Of a DNA stretch of 64,000 nt, positions 45,289 through 54,537 are shown one piece after another. Location of the stretch: contig CAVZKR010000006.1 in the NCBI GenBank assembly GCA_963775935.1, forward strand, positions 111,198 through 175,197. Reading direction: 5' to 3'. This DNA comes from an uncultured Chloroflexia bacterium (GTDB lineage Bacteria; Chloroflexota; Dehalococcoidia; GIF9; UBA5629). The position numbers were made by a program, and so were the translations under genes. The first letter of the stretch is position 1. The number at the start of each line of letters is the position of its first letter. The notes below the pieces were generated by a model. That model was not told where the DNA came from, did not search any database, and saw only the letters and a list, made by a program, of their open reading frames with translations.

Positions 45289-46368
45289 ATGAGAAGTCGT
45301 TTTCTTATTTCATTTACAGTTTTGCTAGCTATTCTTGTGATCCTTTGTGGTTGTGCAGCACCAGCACCAGCACCAACTCCAGCTCCTACTCCTGCCCCAG
45401 CGCCTCCAACCAAGGCTGTAGAACTTAAATGGGCAATGCAACAGGCGCCGATGAGTAACCAGATCTTAAAATGGGCTAATCCTTTGGCAGAAGAAATCGG
45501 CAAGAAGTCTAATGGGAGGCTGAAGGTAACTGTCTACCCTGCCGAGGCTTTAGGTAAGGGGGCTGAACACTGGAATATGCTTACTAATCGCGTCTGCGAC
45601 ATTACCAATTTACATCCTGCAGCCTATGGTAAAAATTGCCCGCTCTGTGCCTTTATTACCGTACCACTTGGTCTCGATATACGAATGAAAAATAAAGAGG
45701 GCAAATATATTGTCGATTTCATCGGTGAAAAATATATTAGCCCGACACTTCCTTTTAAATCACTAGCTTATTACCAATATGGCATGAACGAGTTTATTAT
45801 GGGCAAAAAACAGATAAAGACAGTAGAGGATTGTAGAGGGATAATACTAGGCTACACGTCAGGTAGGCCTTATCAACTCTTTCTACAGAAGCTCGGAATG
45901 GCTCCTGAACAGATTGGCTTGCCTGATACCTATATTGCCATAGATAAAGGGACAATAGATGGTTATTGGGCAGGCTCCAGCATCATCGAGTCTTTTGGCC
46001 TGGGTTCGGTGATAAAAAATATTACTACGGACGTGAATGTCAGTACCTCACTTGATTTTCTTGCTATGAACAATGATACCTGGAAAAGCCTGTCGCCTGA
46101 AGACCAGAAAGTTATTAATGACGTCTCTATCCTCGCGAGGGAGATGTGGTATGACATACAAATTGATCAGAATAAAGTTGGCAGACAGCTGGCGGTAGAG
46201 AAAGGTGGTGCCAAAGTCTATAATCTTCCCCCCGCTGAGAGGGATCGATTTATAAGTATTGCAAGTGATGTAGCTGATGACTGGGCAAAGGAATTGGATG
46301 GACGCGGGTTGCCGGGAACGAGCCTTATTAAAGATTTGCGTCAACAGTTGGCTGAAGTCAAAAAGTAA
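45289..46368 (+). CDS. TRAP transporter solute-binding protein (DctP-type), lipoprotein
   Basis: ATG 45289 after AAGGGGGA. Signal peptide plus lipobox ILCGC, Pro/Ala/Thr linker APAPAPTPAPTPAPAPP, then DctP-like fold. Followed by dctQ/dctM-type genes. Confidence 0.8.
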   Translation: MRSRFLISFTVLLAILVILCGCAAPAPAPTPAPTPAPAPPTKAVELKWAMQQAPMSNQILKWANPLAEEIGKKSNGRLKVTVYPAEALGKGAEHWNMLTNRVCDITNLHPAAYGKNCPLCAFITVPLGLDIRMKNKEGKYIVDFIGEKYISPTLPFKSLAYYQYGMNEFIMGKKQIKTVEDCRGIILGYTSGRPYQLFLQKLGMAPEQIGLPDTYIAIDKGTIDGYWAGSSIIESFGLGSVIKNITTDVNVSTSLDFLAMNNDTWKSLSPEDQKVINDVSILAREMWYDIQIDQNKVGRQLAVEKGGAKVYNLPPAERDRFISIASDVADDWAKELDGRGLPGTSLIKDLRQQLAEVKK

Positions 46369-46386
46369 CTCGGTTTAGAGCAACTG

Positions 46387-46425
46387 TAATTACAGATTCA
46401 GCTTCTTCAGCTGAATCTGTAATTA
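46387..46425 (+). other. Intercistronic perfect 17-bp stem-loop between TRAP binding-protein and permease genes
   Basis: TAATTACAGATTCAGCT-tcttc-AGCTGAATCTGTAATTA (46387-46403 / 46409-46425), with no T-tract after it. Confidence 0.6.
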
Positions 46426-46493
46426 GCTGGGAAGCTATCAGATAAGTATAGTGCGTCTTTGTGATGTCGCCTCATCACGGAAGGAGCAAGGTA

Positions 46494-47024
46494 TTGATTA
46501 GGTTTAATAGGTTACTCGACATTGCCACAAAAGTCATACACCGCATATCAACGTATCTGATATGGATTGGAGTTGCTCTAATAAGTGTAATAATACTGCT
46601 TGTTGTCGGCAATGTTATCGGACGCTATGGATTTCGCCATCCTGTTTTAGGGCATGTAGAAGCGGTGCAGCTTCTTTCAGTCGCGCTGGTTTTCTTTATC
46701 ATGGCCTATACTGAGTATAAAAATGGCCACATTAAGGTAAATGTCGTAACTCGTCTTCTGTCAAGGCGTGTTCAGACCATACTAGGACTGATTACATGTC
46801 TGATTACCACGACGTTTGCCGCGTTAATGTGCTGGCAAGGTATGGTTCGGGGATTTGAAAATGTTTTTCCTCTTCTCACGCAAACTGAGGCTTTATTCAT
46901 CCCATATGCTCCTTTTGCATTCTGTATAGCACTGGGAAGTTTATTGTTTACTTTGGAATTGTTGATACATTGTTTGCGCTATATATATCCCGCGAATAAA
47001 GAAAATGGAGGGCCAGATAAATGA
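46494..47024 (+). CDS. TRAP transporter small permease (DctQ-type)
   Basis: Four hydrophobic spans, GNVIGRY motif, stop overlaps the dctM-type start (ATGA). TTG 46494 has AAGGAG 7 nt upstream; the track's GTG 46461 is the longest alternative. Confidence 0.75.
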   Translation: MIRFNRLLDIATKVIHRISTYLIWIGVALISVIILLVVGNVIGRYGFRHPVLGHVEAVQLLSVALVFFIMAYTEYKNGHIKVNVVTRLLSRRVQTILGLITCLITTTFAALMCWQGMVRGFENVFPLLTQTEALFIPYAPFAFCIALGSLLFTLELLIHCLRYIYPANKENGGPDK

Positions 47025-48319
47025 GCCCCGAAATAGTGGGAATTCTCATGTTCGGTCTTTGTTTTATACTAATGTTCTCGGGAATGCACCTCGGCGCAGC
47101 GATTGGCATTTCCGGCTTCATTGGCCTGATTATTATCGACAGTTTTGGGCAAGCAGCAGGTACCGTGGGAATAAGTGCCTATAGCTCTGCATGTTCCTAT
47201 GATATGGTTCTTATTCCAGTCTTCCTGGTTATGGGTGAACTGGCCTTTGTTTCGGGGTTAAGTAAAGAAGGTTACAATGCAGCGTACAAGTTGATAGGGC
47301 ATCTGCCAGGCGGTTTAGCCATGGCTACCATCGCAGGATGCTCCGCTTTTGCCGCAGTGTGTGGCTCAAGCGCTGCTACTGTCAGTACCATGACTACTGT
47401 CGCTCTGCCGGAGATGCGTAGGCGTGGATATGAACCTACTCTATCAACAGGCGCTCTGGCTGCTGGAGGTACATTGGGTATCCTTATACCACCGAGCGGG
47501 TGTTTTGTCCTTTATGGAATTATCACGGAACAATCCATAGGCAAGCTATTCATAGCCGGCATTTTACCTGGACTGCTGCTGAGCGCAATGTTCATAGTTG
47601 CTATATATATTATAGCTAAAAGAAACCCTTCTGGTTATCCTCCAGCACCCAAGTTCGGCTGGCGAGAACGGTCAGTCGCCGTCATGAATTCCTGGGGAAT
47701 ATTCATATTGTTTTTAGTGGTTATGGGCGGCATTTACTCGGGAATTTGTACTGCGAATGAAGCTGCATCTTTGGGGGCTTTTATTGCCTTCCTCATAGCC
47801 ATAGTCAAAAGGCGTCTGGACAAGAAAGATCTACTTCATTCAATGATGGATGCGCTTGAAACCACTGGCTTTATTTTCTTAATCGTCATTGGTGCCAAGG
47901 TTTTTAATGTCTTTTTTGCAGTGACGAAGATACCTATGCTGTTAGCAACTTTCTTGGGTGCCATGAATGTCACACCGCTGGTCTTCATAATTGCTCTTAT
48001 TATTCTCTTTTTAATACTAGGGTGCGTCATGGATGCCTGGGCAATGTTGCTGCTTATGGTACCCGTGTTACTTCCTTCCGTTAAAGTCATGGGGTTCGAC
48101 TTCATATGGTTTGGTGTTTTTATGGTCATAATGGTGGAAGCGGGAATGATTACTCCACCGGTGGGCATGAATGTGTTTATACTCAGTGGTCAGGCACCCG
48201 ATGTCCCCATGTACAAAATTTTCAAAGGTACAATGCCGTTTCTAATATGCATGCTGATATGTGTAGCCCTCCTAATAGCCTTCCCTGATATCGCATTGGT
48301 ATTGCCGCGAGGGATGTGA
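47021..48319 (+). CDS. TRAP transporter large permease (DctM-type)
   Basis: 432-aa polytopic ORF with GGLAMATIAGCSAFAAVCGSSAATV and GTLGILIPPS motifs typical of DctM. Confidence 0.9.
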   Translation: MSPEIVGILMFGLCFILMFSGMHLGAAIGISGFIGLIIIDSFGQAAGTVGISAYSSACSYDMVLIPVFLVMGELAFVSGLSKEGYNAAYKLIGHLPGGLAMATIAGCSAFAAVCGSSAATVSTMTTVALPEMRRRGYEPTLSTGALAAGGTLGILIPPSGCFVLYGIITEQSIGKLFIAGILPGLLLSAMFIVAIYIIAKRNPSGYPPAPKFGWRERSVAVMNSWGIFILFLVVMGGIYSGICTANEAASLGAFIAFLIAIVKRRLDKKDLLHSMMDALETTGFIFLIVIGAKVFNVFFAVTKIPMLLATFLGAMNVTPLVFIIALIILFLILGCVMDAWAMLLLMVPVLLPSVKVMGFDFIWFGVFMVIMVEAGMITPPVGMNVFILSGQAPDVPMYKIFKGTMPFLICMLICVALLIAFPDIALVLPRGM

Positions 48320-48520
48320 GGAAAGCTACCATTAAAATATGGTGGCAAATAAAAATACGATGGACTAAAGAGATTATACTGCTGTTAATAACAGCGGTTT
48401 TATTATCGTTATCCGAAGGGATTCAGCACTGGAAAGTAGGACAAAATTCAAGATTTCACTATATGTTCTTTAATAACTGGAGTTTCAAGTTGAGATTAAA
48501 TTAAAGGAGGCTTTTTTATG
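48300..48520 (+). repeat. Direct repeat copy 1 (dctM 3' end + terminator + leader + RBS/ATG)
   Basis: Aligned by eye to 49580-49800 at a constant offset of 1280 nt, with 4 mismatches in 220 nt. Confidence 0.9.
48378..48406 (+). terminator. Intrinsic terminator after dctM-type gene
   Basis: ACTGCTGTT-aat-AACAGCGGT (9-bp stem, one G-U pair) followed by TTTATTAT, 59 nt after the stop at 48319. Confidence 0.6.
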
Positions 48521-49564
48521 ATAGTCGATGTTAACCTGCACTGGTACCCTGATTTTTTCTATTCGGATAAATCTTTTCTGAAGCAATGTCTGCGTACAAT
48601 TCCTCGGGCTTATGGTGAGCATGTGCGGATTGATGATGTTCCTGGATCTTATAAAGTACAAATTACTACATCGCGTCCAAAGGGCTATGAAAACCTGAAC
48701 TTTCCTTTGGAAATCACTGATACGGAAGACCGTCTAAAAGCTATGGATGAAGGCAAGATCGATAAGGGCATCCTGAGATGGCCCATTTGGCCAGAGTGGG
48801 TAACTCTGGAAATATGCCGTAAGGTCAATGATGCTATGGCTAAAACTGTGAGGGAGCATCCTGATAGGTTCTTAGGTCTTGCTATCGTGCCGCCATGGGG
48901 CGATGAAGACTGTCTTGCTGAGCTTGATCGTTGTATCCATGAACTCGGTTTCGTCGGGGTACAGGTTGAAGCGCATTACGGCACCCTTTACCTTGATTCT
49001 GAAGAGTTCAGGCCCTTCTTCAGGAAAATCAATCAATTGAATGTGCCGATCATTGTTCATCATACTGCTCTTCCTGTCGATTATGGCCATGTCTACGACT
49101 ATACCAACCTGCGCCGTATGTTCGGCAGGTGTATCGACCAGATGACATCTGTGGGCAGGATAATGTACAGCGGGATGCTTGATGAGTTACCCAATCTTAA
49201 ATTCGTCCACAGCATGATGGCTGGAGGGCTGTTTGCTTACGCAGACTTAATTACACCAAAAAAATCAAAGGTTTCAAGCGATATGGAGCGCTGGGATCCA
49301 TCAGCCTCTGAGAAGGTCAGGGGTTACTTAGAAAAGAATATCTACTCTGATATCACCCATGCCCCTACATGGGGAACAGCACAGTTAGAATGTGCTGTTA
49401 AAGCGCTGGGTGCTAAAAATGTTCTTTTTGGAACTTCCTACCCTCTCCGAAAGGAGTGGTTGCTAGAAGGCGTGGGCTATGTACAGAGTTTAGATATAAG
49501 TAAGAAAGATAAAGCGCTCATCCTGGGTGAAAATGCCATGAGATTATTTAATATAAAAGACTAA
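48518..49564 (+). CDS. Amidohydrolase-2 family protein, divergent active site
   Basis: 348-aa ORF with AAAGGAGG RBS. MIVDVNLHWYPDFF, VPIIVHHTALP, FVHSMMAGG, LFGTSYPL. Confidence 0.8.
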   Translation: MIVDVNLHWYPDFFYSDKSFLKQCLRTIPRAYGEHVRIDDVPGSYKVQITTSRPKGYENLNFPLEITDTEDRLKAMDEGKIDKGILRWPIWPEWVTLEICRKVNDAMAKTVREHPDRFLGLAIVPPWGDEDCLAELDRCIHELGFVGVQVEAHYGTLYLDSEEFRPFFRKINQLNVPIIVHHTALPVDYGHVYDYTNLRRMFGRCIDQMTSVGRIMYSGMLDELPNLKFVHSMMAGGLFAYADLITPKKSKVSSDMERWDPSASEKVRGYLEKNIYSDITHAPTWGTAQLECAVKALGAKNVLFGTSYPLRKEWLLEGVGYVQSLDISKKDKALILGENAMRLFNIKD

Positions 49565-49579
49565 AGATTGACCTATTAT

Positions 49580-49800
49580 TATTGCCGCGAGGGATATGAG
49601 GAAAGCTACCGTTAAAATATGGTGGCAAATAAAAATACGATGGACTAAAGAGATAAAACTGCTGTTAATAACAGCGGTTTTATTATCGTTATCCGAAGGG
49701 ATTCAGCACTGGAAAGTAGGACAAAATTCAAGATTTCACTATATGTTCTTTAATAACTGGAGTTTCAAGTTGAGATTAAATTAAAGGAGGCTTTTTTATG
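49580..49800 (+). repeat. Direct repeat copy 2 (includes a non-functional copy of the dctM 3' end)
   Basis: Same 220 nt as 48300-48520 with 4 substitutions. It starts with ATTGCCGCGAGGGAT, which in copy 1 encodes the last residues (LPRGM) of DctM. Confidence 0.9.
49658..49686 (+). terminator. Duplicated copy of the terminator hairpin
   Basis: Identical hairpin ACTGCTGTT-aat-AACAGCGGT + TTTATTAT within repeat copy 2, 94 nt after the stop at 49564. Confidence 0.5.
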
Positions 49801-50844
49801 ATTGTCGATATTAACCTATCTTGGTACCCCGATTTTTTCTATACCGATAAAGCTTTTTTTAGGGAATGTCTGCGGACAATACCCCGTGCTTATGGCGAGC
49901 ATCTGATAGTTGAGGATGTACCTGGAACTGATAAAAAGCAGATCAAACTTCAACGTCCTAAGGGATACCCAAATCTTGAATTTCCTATTGAGGCCGCGGA
50001 CCCTGAGGACCGTATCCGGGCTATGGATGAAGGTAAGATCGATAAGGGTATTATGCGCTGGTGCATCTGGCCAGAGTGGGCAACCCTTGAAATATGCCGG
50101 AGGGTCAATGATGCCATGGCAAAATCGGTCAAAGAACATCCCGACCGGCTTCTAGGTCTTGCTATCGTGCCTCCATGGGGAGACGAGGACTGCCTTGCCG
50201 AGCTGGATCGCTGCATTAAAAAACTTGGTTTCGTGGGGGTACAGGTTGAAGCGCATTACGGCACCCTCTATCTGGACTCGGAAGAATTCCGACCTTTCTT
50301 CAGGAAGGTTAATCAGCTTAACGTGCCGATTATCGTTCACCATACGGCCTTGCCGGTCGACTATGGCTCTATACTCGACTATGTCAATCTGCGCCGTCCC
50401 TTTGGAAGATGTATAGATCAGATGACCAGTGTGGGCAGGATAATGTACAGCGGGATGCTTGATGAACTTCCGAATCTCAAGTTCATCCACACGATGATGG
50501 CTGGAGGCCTGTTTGCGTATACAACTCTGATTACACCCAAGAAATCGAAGGTAGCGACGGATATGGAACGTTTTAACCCGGAGGCCTCGGAAAAGACGAA
50601 GGGGTATCTGAACAATAATATCTATGTTGAGCTCACACATGCTCCAGCCTGGTCTAACAGCCAGATAGAGTGTGCTGTCAAAGAATTAGGCGCCGAGCAT
50701 ATTCTCATGGGCTCTGTCTATCCACTGCGTAAAGAGTGGCTATTGCATGAAGTAGACTTTGTTGAGAATTTGGACATAAGCAAGAAGGATAAATCGCTTA
50801 TCCTTGGAGAAAACGCTATAAGGTTATTCAATATAAAGGGCTAG
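49798..50844 (+). CDS. Amidohydrolase-2 family protein, divergent active site
   Basis: 348-aa ORF with the same RBS as 48518. MIVDINLSWYPDFF, VPIIVHHTALP, FIHTMMAGG, LMGSVYPL. Confidence 0.8.
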   Translation: MIVDINLSWYPDFFYTDKAFFRECLRTIPRAYGEHLIVEDVPGTDKKQIKLQRPKGYPNLEFPIEAADPEDRIRAMDEGKIDKGIMRWCIWPEWATLEICRRVNDAMAKSVKEHPDRLLGLAIVPPWGDEDCLAELDRCIKKLGFVGVQVEAHYGTLYLDSEEFRPFFRKVNQLNVPIIVHHTALPVDYGSILDYVNLRRPFGRCIDQMTSVGRIMYSGMLDELPNLKFIHTMMAGGLFAYTTLITPKKSKVATDMERFNPEASEKTKGYLNNNIYVELTHAPAWSNSQIECAVKELGAEHILMGSVYPLRKEWLLHEVDFVENLDISKKDKSLILGENAIRLFNIKG

Positions 50845-51261
50845 AAACGCGCTAGTAGCATTTAATTTACTCGTGTACTTCCCGAGAAACAATCGAGAAA
50901 GTTTCAGCTACCTCTTATGATAAGTTTGGTCTCTAAGTTTGTACTCTAACAAGAATTTATAGGACATTTTTGGGGGGTCAGGTCAATTAAATGGCGGGGA
51001 TTGATCGTTTTATTTCAATAAATTAGTCTTAAAAAATAAGGAGTCCTGACAAAAACTACTATAAACACAAGTCCTTATACTCAACACGGGGCAATAGGGA
51101 TTGAATACTACAACGGCAAATACTAAAAATTGGCACTTAGTGGCAAGTCACTAAAGAACCTCAAAGAGCAATGTCGAAGCAGCTAAATTACTCTATTATT
51201 CGTGTATTGACTTATTGAAATACTCTGCACTACAATTGTACCCAATAGGGAAAAGGCCATT

Positions 51262-52204
51262 ATGAAATATAATTATGCCATGCGTGCTGATAATGTCTAT
51301 GTGATTGATACCAAAATGTTTGGTTTTGACAATTATATGTCCGCTTTTTTAGTAGAAGGGAAGGAACTTGCACTAATCGACACTGGTTTGCCCAATCAGC
51401 TGGAAGCAGTACGCACAGGTATAAAAGCACACGGATTCTCTATCAGTGACATATCTCATATATTCGTTACCCACGCACACGAAGATCATTCTGGGAATGT
51501 AGGTCCTTTGTTAAGAGAAAGTCCAAAGGCAAACGTTTATATCAATCCTGCAGGTCTGGAATTTCTTACTACACCATCTATCGAGGAGGCTAGGCGGAGG
51601 AAGGAACTTTTAGCAAAGATGAATGATAGATTCGGTAAAATGGAACCTGTTCCTCCATCACGAATACGATATCTGAAAGATGGTGAGAAATTTGACTTGG
51701 GTAACGGTACGAACGTTAAAGATTATTTTCACACCAGGGCACCAACCTAGCGGGATAGTTATATTTGAAGAGAAAAACAGGGGTTTTTTTATTAATGATT
51801 TGGTGGGAAATTATTTTCCTGATTGTGATTATTTACAAATTCTTGCTCCAATCCGTTCGGATATTAAGAAGGCAATGGAATTACTAAGGAAGGTTATAGC
51901 TATACCGGTTACCAATCTGTTTTTAGGCCATTTTGGCATTTGTGATAAACCGAGAGCACTGATACAACGTGCCTTGGACGGCATGCAGCAGCTTATGGAT
52001 ATTGGAGCACAGTGTATAGCAGAAGGAAAACCAGAGGAAATTGAACCTAGAGTTTTGGCCGTCAAGAGGCTTGAGGCAGAAAAAATTCGAGCGAGAGGGG
52101 AGGATGTTTATGAGCATGAATCAGATGAATTAATAACTCACCAAGCAAAATATTTCGCCAAATATTACCAAGAATTACACGAGAGGAATAAACCGGCTTC
52201 TTGA
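51262..52204 (+). pseudogene. MBL-fold metallo-hydrolase with +1 frameshift (paralog 3)
   Basis: ORFs 51262-51750 and 51680-52204 together cover a full-length paralog. Against 52358-53281, the segment GGT-ACGAACG-TTA (51709-51715) has 7 nt where 6 are expected, moving LGNG.. out of frame from ..LKIIFTPGHQPSG. Confidence 0.7.
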
Positions 52205-52357
52205 GATGAATCTGAACATGGGGTGAATATTGGGCAATTCGATGTTGTGATAATATGGTAAACATACGGAATCTAGTGGGCAGTGATGTCATTTTAAGAT
52301 ATGTGATACCTCTAACCTTCGGAACCAAGAATTTTATAGAGGAAGATGTATTGTTTT

Positions 52358-53281
52358 ATGAAATATAAACATCCCACACGTGCTGATAATGTATATGTGA
52401 TCGATACCAAGATGTTCGGTTTTGAACACTATATGTCCGCCTTTTTAATAGCGGGGAAAGAGCTTGCTTTAATCGATACAGGATTGCCAAACCAGCTGAA
52501 AGCAGTACGCGCTGGTATAAAGGCACATGGCTTTTCTATTAGTGACATATCATACATATTTGTTACCCATGAACATCAGGATCATTCAGGAAATGTTGCT
52601 CCCTTATTAAGAGAGAACCCGAGGATAAAATTCTATATTCACCCACTTGCTGCTCCATTTGTCATTGACCCATCCCTGGAAGACGCCAATAGGAAACAGA
52701 ATCTTCCTTCAAAGATGGCTGCTAGATTCGGCACAATGGAGCCAGTTCCTCGAGAGCGCCTAAACTATTTAAACGACGGCGATGTGTTTGACCTTGGCAA
52801 TGGTGAGAAATTAAGGATTATCTTTGCACCAGGGCACCAACCCGGTGGTATAGTTATACTTGAAGAGAAAACCAAAGGGCTCTTCATTAACGATCTCGTG
52901 GGGAACTGTTTTGCTGATTGCGATTTTCAATTAATTCTCAATCCACCACGGTCTGCTGTTAAGCAGGCCATGGAGTCACTGAGGAATATCCAGAACATAC
53001 CTGTCGCCAGACTTTTTCTGGGACATTTCGGCATTAGCGATAAACCAAAAGAACTGATAGAGCGTGCCCTGGATGGTATGCAACAGCTCATGGACATTGG
53101 AGCGGCATGTGTAGCAGAAGGAAAGCCAAGCGAAATTATTCCTAGAGTTTTTGCCTTCAAGATGTTGGAGGTAGAAAAACTAAAAGCAAGAGGAAAAGCC
53201 TTATATGAATATACGAGTCAAGAGCTGGTATCATCGCAAGCAAAATTGTTCGCAGATTACTACTTGAGTATACAACGATAA
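52358..53281 (+). CDS. MBL-fold metallo-hydrolase (paralog 4)
   Basis: MKYKHPTRADNVYVID N-terminus as in the paralogs (ATG 52358; the track's ATG 52346 has no spacing from AGGAAG). VTHEHQDHSGN, APGHQPGG, LGHFG. Confidence 0.85.
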   Translation: MKYKHPTRADNVYVIDTKMFGFEHYMSAFLIAGKELALIDTGLPNQLKAVRAGIKAHGFSISDISYIFVTHEHQDHSGNVAPLLRENPRIKFYIHPLAAPFVIDPSLEDANRKQNLPSKMAARFGTMEPVPRERLNYLNDGDVFDLGNGEKLRIIFAPGHQPGGIVILEEKTKGLFINDLVGNCFADCDFQLILNPPRSAVKQAMESLRNIQNIPVARLFLGHFGISDKPKELIERALDGMQQLMDIGAACVAEGKPSEIIPRVFAFKMLEVEKLKARGKALYEYTSQELVSSQAKLFADYYLSIQR

Positions 53282-53356
53282 GTATAAGTCGGGGGTGAGG
53301 GAAATGTAAAAATATAAGTGGTGTCATTAATTATAATTGTTTAAGGAGGCGAAGAA

Positions 53357-54496
53357 ATGAAAATCAAGCGGTTATTTGGATTATTGATGTGTGTGTTAAT
53401 TATCAGTTTAGCGGTGATAGCATGTTCAGCACCTACTCCGTCACCTGCCCCCACCCCATCACCTGCCCCAGCCCCGGCACCAACACCACAGAAACAAATA
53501 AATCTACGTTTTACGATGTACTTTCCCACCGACTCTCTTCAAACCAAAGTAGGGCGAGAGTACTATCAAGAAATTGAAAAACGCTCTAATGGCCAAGTGA
53601 AGTTTACCTACTACCCCGGTGGCTCCCTGATGGAAGGACCACCTACAACTGACGGCGTGAAATCAGGAATAGCCGATATCGGTTTTATGTCGATTGGACA
53701 TGTTGCGGGGCGATTTCCAGTATCGGAAGTCATAATGACACACATAGGCTTTTCCAGTGCGTTCATAACAGGGCATGTAGCTGATGACTTCTATAATCAA
53801 TTCAAGCCTAAAGAATGGGACGATTTTAAAGTACTCACTCCAGGAGGTAACAGTGCTTTTGTATTGTTTTCGACTAAACCTGTGAATAAGCTGGAAGATT
53901 TCAGGGGCATGAAAGTCAGGGCACCAGGCAGCACTGGCATACAAATGCAAGCACTGGGTGCTGCAGCAGTAAATATGCCAATGGGAGATGCGTTCGATGG
54001 GCTCACCAAAGGTGTAATTGATGGTAATGTTTCATCAATGGAAGCAGCCAAGACCTGGAGGCTCGCTGAGGCATGCCAATACTTGATCCAAACATGGCCA
54101 GTAATAGCACCTGCCGGCTATTTTCTAATAATGAACAAGGACAGTTACAATAATCTACCACCCAATATACAGACAATTTTTAACCAGGTTTCTGTTGATT
54201 GGGTGGATAAGTTTGCGCTGGCATGGAATGAAGCGGATATGGTGTCATGGGAGTACTGTAAACAATTAAAAATCAAGGTTATTGATCCGACACCAGAAGA
54301 AGTAAACAGATGGACACAAGCGATGATTCCATTCAAAGAACAGTATGTTCAGAATATGGTAAAGCGTGGCTTTTCACAGTCAGAGGTCCAAAGCTGGTTT
54401 GATTACCTGAAAACGAGGATAGATTACTGGTTGAAGCAGCAGATACAACGTGGTATCAAGTCACCAGTGGGTCCAGCGGAAATAAGAGCTTCTTAG
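53357..54496 (+). CDS. TRAP transporter solute-binding protein (DctP-type), lipoprotein
   Basis: AAGGAGG RBS. Signal peptide with lipobox VIAC, linker SAPTPSPAPTPSPAPAPAPTP, then DctP-like fold. Confidence 0.8.
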   Translation: MKIKRLFGLLMCVLIISLAVIACSAPTPSPAPTPSPAPAPAPTPQKQINLRFTMYFPTDSLQTKVGREYYQEIEKRSNGQVKFTYYPGGSLMEGPPTTDGVKSGIADIGFMSIGHVAGRFPVSEVIMTHIGFSSAFITGHVADDFYNQFKPKEWDDFKVLTPGGNSAFVLFSTKPVNKLEDFRGMKVRAPGSTGIQMQALGAAAVNMPMGDAFDGLTKGVIDGNVSSMEAAKTWRLAEACQYLIQTWPVIAPAGYFLIMNKDSYNNLPPNIQTIFNQVSVDWVDKFALAWNEADMVSWEYCKQLKIKVIDPTPEEVNRWTQAMIPFKEQYVQNMVKRGFSQSEVQSWFDYLKTRIDYWLKQQIQRGIKSPVGPAEIRAS

Positions 54497-54537
54497 TAGA
54501 ATATGCCACCTGAATTACAGGTATAGTGAATAAATAT

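Noticed and set aside
45355-45410. Repetitive CCAGCACCAGCACCAACTCCAGC.. DNA (also at 53425-53490) that could be mistaken for a tandem repeat or CRISPR-like array
   Set aside because: It is in frame within the two TRAP binding-protein genes. It encodes the Pro/Ala/Thr linker after the lipobox Cys, which is a low-complexity tether and not a non-coding repeat.
48316-48504. 62-aa ORF (MRKAT(I/V)KIWWQIKIRW..), conserved in both copies of the duplicated leader (also at 49596-49784)
   Set aside because: There is no RBS. The start codon differs between copies (GTG vs ATG). Its hydrophobic segment is simply the translated terminator hairpin. Three of the 4 nucleotide differences in the repeat fall in the ORF without a synonymous bias. 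Conservation is better explained at the DNA/RNA level. A small protein cannot be fully excluded without ribosome profiling.
51131-51145. Sigma-54-like element TGGCAC-n5-(T)GGCA upstream of the MBL genes
   Set aside because: The GC of the -12 element is one position out of register with the TGGCAC-N5-TTGC consensus. No enhancer-binding-protein gene is nearby. A sigma-70-like TTGACT-n18-TACAAT lies closer to the gene.
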